Shown: positions 40,189 to 49,533, numbered from the stretch's first letter. The stretch: DNA of 64,000 bases from an uncultured delta proteobacterium (GCA_963796055.1 CAWCKH010000003.1:1-64000); one strand, 5' to 3'. Notes: a model not told the origin generated them from the sequence alone. Made by a program: numbers and translations.

Positions 40189-40993
40189 ATGAATCGTCTG
40201 GAGCGCCATTTTCAGACGGCCCACACGGCAAGCCGGAAGTCGCTGATCGTCTATCTCTGCGCGGGCGATCCCGACCTCGCGGCGACCGAACGGCTCGTGC
40301 CCGCACTCGCGGCCGCGGGCGCCGACGTCATCGAGCTCGGTGTGCCCTTCTCGGATCCTCTCGCCGATGGCCCGACCATCCAGCGCGCGGCCGAGCGGGC
40401 TCTGCGCTCTGGAACGACCTTGACCGGCATCCTCGGCCTCGTCGGTCGCCTCCGCCGCCAGGGCTGTGACGTCCCCCTGGTGCTCATGGGCTACATGAAC
40501 CCCATCGTGCGGATGGGGGTGGACGACTTCGTCGCCCGCTCGGCCGAGGTCGGCGTGGACGGGTTCATCGTCCCCGACCTGCCACTCGAGGAGGCGAACA
40601 CGCTGGGGGATGCCGCCGAGGCGAAGGGCCTCTCGCTGGTCCTCCTCGCGGCCCCGACCACGCCGGCCGACCGGCTCAGGAAGATCGGGAGCCGGACCCG
40701 GGGATTCCTCTACTTCGTGAGCGTCACCGGGGTCACCGGAGCCCGGGCGGCGCTGCCGGCCGACCTCCCCGCCCGGCTCGACGCGGTCCGCGCCGCGAGC
40801 AAGGCCCCGGTCGCCGTCGGATTCGGCATCTCCGCCCCGGAGCAAGCCCGCGCGCTGGCCGAGCATGCCGATGGCGTGGTGGTGGGGAGCGCGCTGGTGG
40901 CGGAGATCGCTCGAATCGGGCGGGAGCGTCGAGGGGCCCGCCGCGCTGGTGCGTTCGCTGGCAGAGGCCGTCCACGGGATCGGCGCCCGCTGA
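40189..40993 (+). CDS. trpA: Tryptophan synthase alpha chain, with an apparent +1 frameshift at ~40914
   Basis: IELGVPFSDPLADGPTIQ, VSVTGVTG, VGFGIS, ADGVVVGSA; removing one A at 40914-15 gives a normal C-terminal helix (..AALVRSLAEAVHGIGAR*) and 267 aa. Confidence 0.92.
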
Positions 40994-41006
40994 GTCGACG
41001 GAGGCG

Positions 41007-41876
41007 TCATCTCGGCAGCGTCTCGACCACTGCCGCGGCGAAGCGCTCCGCAGCGCCCGGGCTCGATTCCAGGAAGAGCGATGGCTCCACGAGCTCCAGC
41101 TCCATCAGCTCGAGGCGCCCGCTCCGCAAGACCCCGTCCACCCGGGCGTAGAGGGTCTGGTGACCCGATGCCTCCAGGGCCCGGCTTGCGGCGGCGATGA
41201 TCTCGCGCGCCGGGTCGGCAGCGGAGAACCTGCCCCCGAACTCCTCCTGGACACGGAAGTCACCTCGCTCCGGCCGCTTGAGCACCGCGTGGCTGTAGCG
41301 TCCGCGGAAGAAGAGCAGCGACCACTCCCCGTCGGAGACCAGCTCGGGCACGAACGGCTGGACCAGGCAGTCCATCGCCTCGAGCTGCCGGGCGAACCGT
41401 GCCGCATCCTCGTCGCCAGCCCGCGCGCGCCAGGTCTCGAACGCCCCGCCGGAGATGCTGGGCTTCACCACCGCCTCGCTCCAGCCCACGTCTCGCAGCA
41501 ACGACCGGAGCTCCATCCGGGACCCGCGGGCCAGGTGACGGGTCGGAACGATCGGAACGCCGCGGGCCTCGACGTCGAGCAGGTACTTCTTGTCGATGTT
41601 CCACCGCACTGTCGCCGGGTGGTTCCAGATCGGGATCCCTTTCCCCTCGACGTCGTCGAGCCAGGCCAGAAACTCGGCGAGCCGCAGGTGGTAATCCCAC
41701 ATCGACCGAAGGACGAGCGCCTCGAGCCCGTCCGGTACAGGCTCCGTCCACACCACCGGAACCACCTCCACCCCGTGACGCATGAGCACCGGGGCCACCG
41801 AGCGATCGTCGTCGGTCAGACCGCGGTGCTGGGCCGAGGTGACGAACCCCACCCGGTGGCCTGGAGGAGCCTTCAT
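41007..41876 (-). CDS. RimK/glutathione synthetase-like ATP-grasp protein
   Basis: RS.WDY, NHP..VRWN.DK.YL, VVKP.IS, LVQPF, DFRVQEEFGG, YARVD, MELELVEPSLF. Confidence 0.85.
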   Translation of the reverse strand: MKAPPGHRVGFVTSAQHRGLTDDDRSVAPVLMRHGVEVVPVVWTEPVPDGLEALVLRSMWDYHLRLAEFLAWLDDVEGKGIPIWNHPATVRWNIDKKYLLDVEARGVPIVPTRHLARGSRMELRSLLRDVGWSEAVVKPSISGGAFETWRARAGDEDAARFARQLEAMDCLVQPFVPELVSDGEWSLLFFRGRYSHAVLKRPERGDFRVQEEFGGRFSAADPAREIIAAASRALEASGHQTLYARVDGVLRSGRLELMELELVEPSLFLESSPGAAERFAAAVVETLPR

Positions 41877-41901
41877 GGCTGAAGCCAGGCCATCCGCCCC
41901 C

Positions 41902-42807
41902 TCAGCCGGAAGCTCTGCCAGCCTCCCAGAACAGGCCCAAGGCGTCCACACAGCGCTCGAGCCAGCGGAGCCGCCCGACGGTGAAGGCCTGGGCGTTCGC
42001 GCTCTCCACGTCCAGCGTCCCCACCACGCCCGACGGACCGATCACCGGGAAGATGGCCTCCGCCCGGGTTCCCTCCAGGGTGGGCAGGTGGCGGGCGTCG
42101 TCCCGGACGTCCTGGGAGATGACCGGCTGCCGGCTCGCCACCGCCGCGGCGGTCAACCCCTCGGTCCGCGCGAACCGCGGATGCGTGGGTGCCGCCGGAC
42201 CGGCCCAGCCACGAACCTCCACCTCGGTCGGCCCGACATCGTAGAGCCCCACCCAGCGGAACCGGCCGGAGCGGCGGACGATCTCCGCCAGCTCCCGGGC
42301 GAGCACGCCGCGCTCCTCCGGGTGGGCGAGCCGTTCGGCGAGGAGCGCCGCGGTCCCCTCCGCATCCCGCTCGGGGCCTGGCGCGATCTCCAGCAGCAGC
42401 TCCAGCGCCTCGAGGTACGAGGCCAGCCCACGCCCGGCGCACATCGCCACCCGCACGTCCGCCAGAACGCTCACCCGTCGCCACTCCTCGCGCTTGCTCA
42501 CATCGGACAGATGGACCTCGATGCAGGGCACCGACATCGCCGCCACCGCGTCCCGCAGCGACCAGGCGTAGTGGGTCAGCGCAGCGGGATTGAACAGCAC
42601 GCCGTCCGCCCAGCGCCGCTCGGCATGCAGCCGGTCGATCAGCGCGCCCTCGTGGTTGCTCTGGAAGGTCCGCACCTCCGCGCCAAGATGCCGCCCCCGC
42701 TCGCCGATCCGCGCGTCGATTTCCTCCAGCGTCACACGCCCGTACACCGCCGGCTCGCGCTCCCCGAGCAGGTTGAGGTTCGGGCCGTGCAGCACCAGCA
42801 CCCGCAT
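41902..42807 (-). CDS. aroQ: Type II 3-dehydroquinate dehydratase fused to a C-terminal GAF domain
   Basis: LHGPNLNLLG.REP.VYG, FQSNHEG, NPAALTH, IEVHLS; continues in frame into WVGLY...EGLT..A...QDV..D..H...AEAIFPV...GTLDVES (GAF). Confidence 0.9.
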   Translation of the reverse strand: MRVLVLHGPNLNLLGEREPAVYGRVTLEEIDARIGERGRHLGAEVRTFQSNHEGALIDRLHAERRWADGVLFNPAALTHYAWSLRDAVAAMSVPCIEVHLSDVSKREEWRRVSVLADVRVAMCAGRGLASYLEALELLLEIAPGPERDAEGTAALLAERLAHPEERGVLARELAEIVRRSGRFRWVGLYDVGPTEVEVRGWAGPAAPTHPRFARTEGLTAAAVASRQPVISQDVRDDARHLPTLEGTRAEAIFPVIGPSGVVGTLDVESANAQAFTVGRLRWLERCVDALGLFWEAGRASG

Positions 42808-43901
42808 CAGAGCGACTCCAGCGCCCGGTCGATGGCGAGGCCGAGGAGCTCCTCGGGAAGGGCCGGCTCCACCGCGCCGCGCCCGATGCCGTCCAGGACG
42901 ACGTAGCGGATCTTCCCCGCGCTCGCCTTCTTGTCCCGGCCGAGTGCCGCCCGCACCTCGTCGCGGGCCGGGCGAGTCACCCCGGGAGGCCTCGGGAAGC
43001 GCGAGAGCACCTCCTGGATGCGCCTGACGTGCTCGCTCCCGAGCCGGCCGAGACGCTCGGAGACCGCGACCGCCGCCCGCATCCCCAGGACCACCGCCTC
43101 CCCGTGGCTCAGCGGCCCGTGGCCGGTCGCCGCCTCCAGCGCGTGCCCGACGGTGTGACCGAGGTTCAGCATCATCCGTGGCCCGCGCTCCAGCTCGTCC
43201 TCCGACACCAGCAGGGCCTTCAGCGCCGCGGTGCGCCCCACCACGCCCGCCCACCCCTCATCGTCCGCGCGACCGGCCCCGAGCGCCGGGAGGGCCGTCT
43301 CCAGCTCGTTGAACAGTTCGCCGTCGAGCACCAGCGCCGTCTTCACCACCTCTGCCAGCCCGTTCCAGCGCTCGCGCTCGGGGAGCGTCCGCAAGGTGGA
43401 GACGTCGCACAGGACACGGACCGGCGGATGAAAGGCGCCGATGAGGTTCTTTCCCAGCCGGTGGTCGATCGCCACCTTCCCGCCGATGGACGAGTCGACC
43501 TGCGCGAGCAGTGTGGTGGGTGCCTGCAGGACCCGGATCCCCCGGTGGAACGTCGCCGCCACGAAGCCGGCGAGGTCCCCGACCACGCCCCCACCGAGCG
43601 CGAGCACGCTGTCTCCACGCCCGAACCCGGCCTCGATCAGCCCCGTCCAGAGCGCGTCCGCGCCGGCCAGCGTCTTGCTGCCTTCACCCGCTGGAATCTC
43701 GAGCAGCACCGGGTCGAACCCCGCCCGTGCGAGATCGGCCCGCACCCGGTCGCCCCACAGCGGCCGGACGTTCCGGTCGGTGACCACCGCCACCCGGCCG
43801 GTGAGCCCTGCGGCCCCGGGATCCCCGGCGAGGTCACCGAGCAGGCCTGGAGCGATGTCCACGAAGTACGGGCCCGTGCGCGACTGGACCGTCACCCTCA
43901 C
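42807..43901 (-). CDS. aroB: 3-dehydroquinate synthase
   Basis: GE.SKT, ALGGGVVGDLAGFVAA, PTTLLAQVDSSIGGK, KNLIGAF, LNLGHTVGHALE, HGEAV. Confidence 0.96.
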   Translation of the reverse strand: MRVTVQSRTGPYFVDIAPGLLGDLAGDPGAAGLTGRVAVVTDRNVRPLWGDRVRADLARAGFDPVLLEIPAGEGSKTLAGADALWTGLIEAGFGRGDSVLALGGGVVGDLAGFVAATFHRGIRVLQAPTTLLAQVDSSIGGKVAIDHRLGKNLIGAFHPPVRVLCDVSTLRTLPERERWNGLAEVVKTALVLDGELFNELETALPALGAGRADDEGWAGVVGRTAALKALLVSEDELERGPRMMLNLGHTVGHALEAATGHGPLSHGEAVVLGMRAAVAVSERLGRLGSEHVRRIQEVLSRFPRPPGVTRPARDEVRAALGRDKKASAGKIRYVVLDGIGRGAVEPALPEELLGLAIDRALESL

Positions 43902-45628
43902 GGCGCGGTCCCGGGCCGGGCCAGCGGCCCCTGCAGCGAGCGGAGCAGCCCCACCAGCCCACCCGCCGCGCCATCGGGCCCCAGCCCCTCGGTGTCGAGC
44001 GTCAGGTCGGCGCGGCGGTACAGGTGGCGCCGCTCTCGCAGGAGCGCCTCGAGCACGGCGGCGGCGTCCCCCGCCAGGAGCGGCCTCGGCGCGGTCTCGG
44101 TGGCCAGCCGCGCCAGCAGCGTCTCCTTCCGGGCGGTGAGGCCCAGCACCACCCCGCTCCGTCGCATCGTCCGCCACGCAGCCTCGCCCAGCACCACGCC
44201 CCCGCCCGTCGCCACCACCGCCACCGGTCCCTTGGCCGCCGAGCCCACCGCCTCCGCCTCGAGCGCCCGGAACCGCGGCTCGCCCTCGGAGCGGAAGAGG
44301 TCCGCGACCGATTTGCCGGCCCGCTGCTCGACGATCGCATCCAGATCGACGAACGGCAGGCCGAGGAGGACCGACAGACGCCGGCCGGCCTCGGTCTTCC
44401 CCGAGCCCATCGGCCCCACCAGCCAGACGTGCCCGGGGCGGATCCGGGCCGCGAGGCGGAGCCGGGCGAACGCAGGCCGGAGCGCGTCCATGGTGTCGCC
44501 GCCCAGCGCTTCCAGCACCGCGTCCGCCAGGGCCAGGGAGAGCACGGCCTCGGTGACCACCCCCGCAGCCGGCACGGCGCAGGTGTCGCTCCGCTCGACG
44601 TGGGCGGGGACCAGCTCCAGCGAGCCCAGGTGGACCGACGGGAGCGCCGCGGGCACGGTGGCGATGGGCTTCATCACCGCCCGCAGCACCACCGGCTCGC
44701 CGTTGGTGATCCCTCCCTCCAGCCCACCCGCGTGGTTGCTGGTGCGGACCAGCCGTTCTCCGGAGAGCACGATCGGATCGTGCGTCTCGCTGCCGTAGGC
44801 CCGGCCACCCCGGATGCCGTCGCCGATCTCCACCGCCTTGATGGCCTGGATGGAGAGCAGCGCGCCGCCAAGCCGCCCATCGAGCTTGCGGTCCGCCTGC
44901 ACGTGCGAGCCGAGCCCCGGCGGAACCCCGGTGGCCACCACCTCGATCACCCCGCCCACCGTGTCCCGGCGGCGTTGCGCCTCCTGGATGGCCTGCACCA
45001 GCCGGTCGGACCCGGCGGCCGTCAGGGCGCGGGTCTCGGTCTCGTCGGCCCGGAGGGCGAGCGCCTCGGCATCCTCCTGGACCAGCTCGGGTGCGACGTC
45101 CGAGGCGGCGTCGGCCTCGGCAGCGCCGATGCTCATTACGTAGCTCCCCACCTGGATGCCGAGCTCGCGGAGGAGAGCGCGCGCCGCGGCGCCGAGCCCC
45201 ACCCGCATCGCAGTCTCGCGCGCCGAGGCCCGCTCGAGGATGTCGCGGAGGTCCGCGGTGCGCCCGTACTTCAGCGCCCCGGCGAGGTCGGTGTGCCCCG
45301 GACGCGGCACCTGGACCGGCCGCGGGTCGGCTCCGCCGGGCGCAGCGCTCATCCGCTCGGTCCAGTTCTCCCAGTCGCGGTTCCTGATCAGCAGGCCCAG
45401 CGGCGACCCGAGCGTCTCGCCGAAGCGCACCCCGGCGAGGAGCTCCGCCGCGTCCTGCTCGATGCGCATCCGCCCTCCCCGCCCGTACCCCTTCTGCCGG
45501 CGGGCGAGGTCCCGGTCGATGAGCGCCGCGGTCAAGGGGAGCCCAGCCGGCAGCCCCTCGAGGATGCCGAGGAGGGCCGGCCCGTGACTCTCGCCGGCGG
45601 TGAGGGCCCGGAGCCGCCGGAGCGTCAT
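43898..45628 (-). CDS. aroC: Chorismate synthase - shikimate kinase fusion (AroC-AroK)
   Basis: TAGESHG, RRQ.GYGRG.RM, PRPGH.DL, ERASARET, GGLEGG.TNG, MKPIAT, ERSD.C; then in-frame P-loop LVGPMGSGKT, DLD, FR.EGE..FR.LE, ATGGG, RPLL. Confidence 0.92.
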   Translation of the reverse strand: MTLRRLRALTAGESHGPALLGILEGLPAGLPLTAALIDRDLARRQKGYGRGGRMRIEQDAAELLAGVRFGETLGSPLGLLIRNRDWENWTERMSAAPGGADPRPVQVPRPGHTDLAGALKYGRTADLRDILERASARETAMRVGLGAAARALLRELGIQVGSYVMSIGAAEADAASDVAPELVQEDAEALALRADETETRALTAAGSDRLVQAIQEAQRRRDTVGGVIEVVATGVPPGLGSHVQADRKLDGRLGGALLSIQAIKAVEIGDGIRGGRAYGSETHDPIVLSGERLVRTSNHAGGLEGGITNGEPVVLRAVMKPIATVPAALPSVHLGSLELVPAHVERSDTCAVPAAGVVTEAVLSLALADAVLEALGGDTMDALRPAFARLRLAARIRPGHVWLVGPMGSGKTEAGRRLSVLLGLPFVDLDAIVEQRAGKSVADLFRSEGEPRFRALEAEAVGSAAKGPVAVVATGGGVVLGEAAWRTMRRSGVVLGLTARKETLLARLATETAPRPLLAGDAAAVLEALLRERRHLYRRADLTLDTEGLGPDGAAGGLVGLLRSLQGPLARPGTAP

Positions 45629-46461
45629 CCGGCCTCCGCCAGGTGCGCGTGCAGCGCGATTGCTGCCGGGGCGCCGACCTGGGTACCCGTCCACAGCCGG
45701 AGCTGGGCGAGCCCCTGGAAGACCAGCATCCAGAGGCCGTCCACGGCGCGCGCTCCCGCCTGTTCTGCTTCCCGCAGCAGACGCGTCCGCAGCGGGCGGT
45801 AGACCATGTCCATGACCGTCAGCCGATCGTGTAGCACGCAGCCCGGGGGCAGCGGGGAGTCGTCCGGCGCGTCGAGCCCCACCGAGGTCGCCTGCAGCAG
45901 GACGTCCACGCCGGGGAGCACCGGGGCGAGCGCCGCGGTGGTCAGCGGGATCGCCTCGCCATCGAAGGCGCTCGCCAGCTCCAGCGCGCGCGCGGGGTGC
46001 CGGTTGGCGATCCACAGCCGGGCCACGCCTTGCTCCCTCGAGGCCGCGGCCGCAGCTCTGGCCGCCCCACCTGCCCCGAGGAGCAGCACGCGGGCGTCGC
46101 CGAGCGAGACGCCGTGGTGGTCCAGGGCCCTCAGCAGGCCCTCGACGTCGGTGTTGTGGGCCACCAGCCGGCCACCCGGCCCGCGGACCAGGCAGTTTGC
46201 GGCACCGGTGCGCGCGGCCTGCGGGTCGGAGCGATCGGCGAGCACCACGGCGTTCTGCTTGTGCGGAATGGTGACCGAAAGGCCGTCCCACCGGCCACCG
46301 CGGGTCTCCTCGAGGACTGCGGCCAGCGACTCCGCGGGTACCCGGACCGCCTCGCAGCTCAGGGCGAGGCCCAGCCGGCCGGCGAGCCACTCGAACATCC
46401 GCGGGGACGCGGAGTGGGCAATCGGATCTCCGATGACTGCGAAGCGCGGCGCGGGCGGCAT
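45625..46461 (-). CDS. aroE: Shikimate dehydrogenase
   Basis: IGDPIAHS.SP, SVTIPHK, GAAN, HNTD, LGAGGAARA, DMVY.P, DGLWMLV.QG. Confidence 0.95.
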   Translation of the reverse strand: MPPAPRFAVIGDPIAHSASPRMFEWLAGRLGLALSCEAVRVPAESLAAVLEETRGGRWDGLSVTIPHKQNAVVLADRSDPQAARTGAANCLVRGPGGRLVAHNTDVEGLLRALDHHGVSLGDARVLLLGAGGAARAAAAASREQGVARLWIANRHPARALELASAFDGEAIPLTTAALAPVLPGVDVLLQATSVGLDAPDDSPLPPGCVLHDRLTVMDMVYRPLRTRLLREAEQAGARAVDGLWMLVFQGLAQLRLWTGTQVGAPAAIALHAHLAEAG

Positions 46462-46629
46462 CCGGCGGGACTCTACCCCCTCGCGGCGGAGTGCCGAGGG
46501 CCATCTCTTCTGGTCATGGGAGCGGCGCCCCGAAGATCTTGGACCCGTCGCCCCCTGCGCCGCATCTTGTCGCACCCTGGCCTCGGGTTCTCGGCGACGC
46601 TGCCCGAGCTCGACGGGATGCCCCGAGCC

Positions 46630-47523
46630 CTAGCTGAAGGTGAACGTCTCGGCGAGGCTGCGGAAGGCCGTCGCTGCCGGGCCGAGGCGCCTCGCCTTCC
46701 AGCGGATCCAGGACAGCGTTCGCCTCAGCGCGAAGTCCTGGACCTCCACCCTCTTCAAGCGGCCGTCCTGGACCTCGTCGCGCACCGCGCGGGCGGAGAG
46801 CAGCGCCCAGCCGACCCCGGCGGCCACCAGGCCCTTGATCGCCTCGGTGCTGTTCACCGCGAAGGAGCGCCTGGGCGTCCAGCGCCGCCGGCGTAGCGCG
46901 GACAGCATCACCTCCCGGGTTCCGGCGCCCTCCTCACGGAGCAAGAGCACCTCCTCCATCGGCTGGGGTCCAGTCGCCCGGCGGCTCCGGGCCAGCGGGT
47001 GGTCGGGAGCGACCACCACCACCAGCTCGTCCTCGCGCCAGGGGCGGACCTCCAGGCGCCCGTCGTGGACTGGGCCCTCGACCAGGCCGAGCTCCACCTC
47101 GTGCTCCAGGACCGCGCCCACCACGGTGCGGGCGTTGGCCGAGAGGAGCTGGAGGTCGATCCCGGGATTGGCCCGGTACAGCGCGCCGAGCACCGGTGGC
47201 AGGAAATAGGCCGCGAGTGTGGTGCTCGCCCCCACGCGGAGCACGCCGCGCCGCAGGCCGCGGAGTGACTCCAGCTGCTCCTCCGCCGCGCGTTCCTCGG
47301 CGAAGAGGGCCCGGGCATGCTCCACCAGCAGCGTCCCCGCCTCGGTGAGGACCACCCCGGAGGGCGAGCGGACCAGGAGCTGCGCTCCACTCTGCTGCTC
47401 GAGGAGCCGCACCGCCTTGGAGATGGCCGGCTGGCTCACCCCCGTCATCCGGGCCGCCCGGGAAAAGCCCCGGTGGGTGGCGACCGCCAGGTAGAGCCGG
47501 AGCGAGTTCAGGTTCAGGGCCAT
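46630..47523 (-). CDS. LysR-family regulator (CysL/YeiE-like)
   Basis: FSRAA...VSQPAIS HTH; GASTT, GLVEG, REEGAGTRE, STEAIK. Confidence 0.9.
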   Translation of the reverse strand: MALNLNSLRLYLAVATHRGFSRAARMTGVSQPAISKAVRLLEQQSGAQLLVRSPSGVVLTEAGTLLVEHARALFAEERAAEEQLESLRGLRRGVLRVGASTTLAAYFLPPVLGALYRANPGIDLQLLSANARTVVGAVLEHEVELGLVEGPVHDGRLEVRPWREDELVVVVAPDHPLARSRRATGPQPMEEVLLLREEGAGTREVMLSALRRRRWTPRRSFAVNSTEAIKGLVAAGVGWALLSARAVRDEVQDGRLKRVEVQDFALRRTLSWIRWKARRLGPAATAFRSLAETFTFS

Positions 47524-47621
47524 TGCCTCAGGTTATCGAAACGTCACGATGGATTCGCCAGTACTGGTGGCTTCCGGCGGCTGGGTAGGCTCGAGGCCCG
47601 AGCGCGAGGTAGGGAAGCCGA

Positions 47622-49298
47622 ATGATCGACGTCTCCGAGCTGGCGGCCGTCCCGGTCCTCTCCAAGGTCGCGGCCGAGGATCTGGCCAGCATCGCGAAGA
47701 CGGCCGCCGACATCCGGCTGGCAGCCGGCGAGGTCGCGGTGCACGAGGGCGATGACCGCGCGCTCTACGTGGTGCTCTCGGGGAAGATCGAGGTGAGCAA
47801 GTCCATCGACGGGATCGAGCGGACCGTCGGCTGGCGCGCACCGGGGCAGATCTTCGGCGAGGTCCCGATCATCTTCGGCACCACGTTCCAGGCAACCCAC
47901 CGAGCACGGGAGCCCTCGCGCGTCATCCGCATCGAGGCGGCGCAGTTCCATGCGGTCGCCGCCCGTTCGCCTGACACCCTGACCCAGGTCGCCGCCCTGG
48001 CCCGGGAACGCATCGGAGGGCTCCAGGGCATCGCCGCCGCGCCGACCCGATCCCGGGCGACGCTGCTCGGACATCGCGGAGATCCGGCCTGCCGGGAGCT
48101 CCGGAGCTTTCTCACCCGGAACCAGATCCGGTTCGAGTGGTTGAGCCCCGACTCGAGCGATGCGGGCCGGTGGTCCGGAGCCACGGTCGGACCGGACGAT
48201 CTTCCCGCCTTGCACTGCGAGGACGGGAACACGCTGCTGCGGGCCAGCTCGCGGGAGGTCGCCGAGCGCCTCGGCCTGCGGACCCGGCCGCACGCGAGCG
48301 AGTACGACACGGTCATCCTCGGCGGGGGACCGGCCGGTCTCGCGGCCGCGGTCTACGGTGCGTCGGAGGGGCTACGCACCCTGGTCATCGAGCGTGAGGC
48401 GCCCGGCGGCCAGGCCGAGACGTCGTCGCGGATCGAGAACTACCTCGGCTTCCCCACCGGGGTGTCGGGCGACGAGCTGGCGCGCCGGGCGCTCCAGCAG
48501 GCGAACCGGCTGGGTGCGGAGATCATCGTGACCCGCCCGGTGACCGCCATCCACCTGGACACCCGCACCGTGCGGCTGGAGGGTTGCGAGCCGGTGCACG
48601 CCCGCACGCTGATCATCGCCACCGGGGTCAGCTGGCGCCGGCTGGCGATCGACGGCTTCGACCGCCTGCTCGGGAAGGGCGTGTACTACGGCGCGTCCCG
48701 GAGCGAGGCGAGCGCGACGCAGGACCAGGACATCCATCTCATCGGCGCAGGGAACTCGGCCGGTCAGGCGGCGCTGTTCTTCGCCAACCACGCGCGCACG
48801 GTGACGCTGCTGGTCCGCGGCAGCTCGCTGGAGAAGAGCATGTCGCACTACCTGATCGAGCAGCTCCGCGGAAAGTCGAACGTCCGCGTCGCGCTCGACT
48901 CCGAGGTACAGGGCGTCCACGGGAAGGAGCAGCTGGAAGCGATCGACGTCGTGAATCGCGCCACCGGCGACGTCGGGCGCCAGCCCAGCAGCGGAGTGTT
49001 CGTCTTCATCGGCGCCGACGCTGAGACCTCGTGGCTTCCGGAGGGGATCGCCCTGGACGAGCGGGGCTACGTGCTCACCGGTGAGTCGGTGGTCAAGGCG
49101 GGGCGCTGGCGGGAAGCACGGGACCCTTACCTCCTCGAGACCAGCGTGCCCGGCATCTTCGCCTGCGGCGACGTCCGGTGCAGCCCGGTGAAGCGGGTCG
49201 CCGCTGCGGTGGGCGAGGGCAGCATGGCCATCGCCTTCGTCCACCAGTTTCTCCGGGTCGCCGCTGGAGCGAGCCCCGCACCGACGCACCGCGGCTAG
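47622..49298 (+). CDS. cNMP-binding domain + thioredoxin-reductase-like FAD oxidoreductase lacking CxxC
   Basis: N-terminal cNMP fold (HEGD...LYVVLSG...FGEV); GGGPAG, GGQA..SSRIENYLGFP, ATG, GAGNSAG, FACGDV; GVYYGAS at the position of YCATC. Confidence 0.88.
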   Translation: MIDVSELAAVPVLSKVAAEDLASIAKTAADIRLAAGEVAVHEGDDRALYVVLSGKIEVSKSIDGIERTVGWRAPGQIFGEVPIIFGTTFQATHRAREPSRVIRIEAAQFHAVAARSPDTLTQVAALARERIGGLQGIAAAPTRSRATLLGHRGDPACRELRSFLTRNQIRFEWLSPDSSDAGRWSGATVGPDDLPALHCEDGNTLLRASSREVAERLGLRTRPHASEYDTVILGGGPAGLAAAVYGASEGLRTLVIEREAPGGQAETSSRIENYLGFPTGVSGDELARRALQQANRLGAEIIVTRPVTAIHLDTRTVRLEGCEPVHARTLIIATGVSWRRLAIDGFDRLLGKGVYYGASRSEASATQDQDIHLIGAGNSAGQAALFFANHARTVTLLVRGSSLEKSMSHYLIEQLRGKSNVRVALDSEVQGVHGKEQLEAIDVVNRATGDVGRQPSSGVFVFIGADAETSWLPEGIALDERGYVLTGESVVKAGRWREARDPYLLETSVPGIFACGDVRCSPVKRVAAAVGEGSMAIAFVHQFLRVAAGASPAPTHRG

Positions 49299-49356
49299 AC
49301 GCATTCGGGGCGAGCCTCGCTCATGCCGCGGGCTGGCATGTACGACATCTGAATCA

Positions 49357-49392
49357 TGCAAGAACTTGCACGACTGAGTGCAAGATCGCGCT
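49357..49392 (+). promoter_or_regulatory. Putative bacterial enhancer (bEBP upstream activating sequence), tandem sites
   Basis: Palindrome TGCAAG-AA-CTTGCA at 49357-49370 and a second TGCAAG at 49379, 22 bp later. Confidence 0.6.
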
Positions 49393-49445
49393 CGCCCATT
49401 GCCCCGGAGGTCCACCAAAGGGTCCGTGACCCCACGGCGCAGCTC

Positions 49446-49460
49446 CGGCACGAGGATTGC
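49446..49460 (+). promoter_or_regulatory. Sigma54 (-24/-12) promoter
   Basis: CGGCACGAGGATTGC: GG-N10-GC with GGCACG and TTGC consensus, 73 nt upstream of ATG 49534. Confidence 0.7.
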
Positions 49461-49533
49461 GACTGCCGCGCCCACCCGTCTCCGGCGCTCCTCATCCCGA
49501 GTTGCCGTCGTTTCCGGGTAAGGGGGAATCGCG

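Noticed and set aside
45629..46504. Apparent 868-aa AroC ORF suggesting a larger fusion
   Set aside because: The extension is an off-frame reading of aroE; AroC motifs start at ATG 45628.
46555..46575. TGCG...CGCA palindrome upstream of aroE as an enhancer
   Set aside because: No sigma54 -24/-12 element found nearby; a short GC-rich palindrome may be chance.
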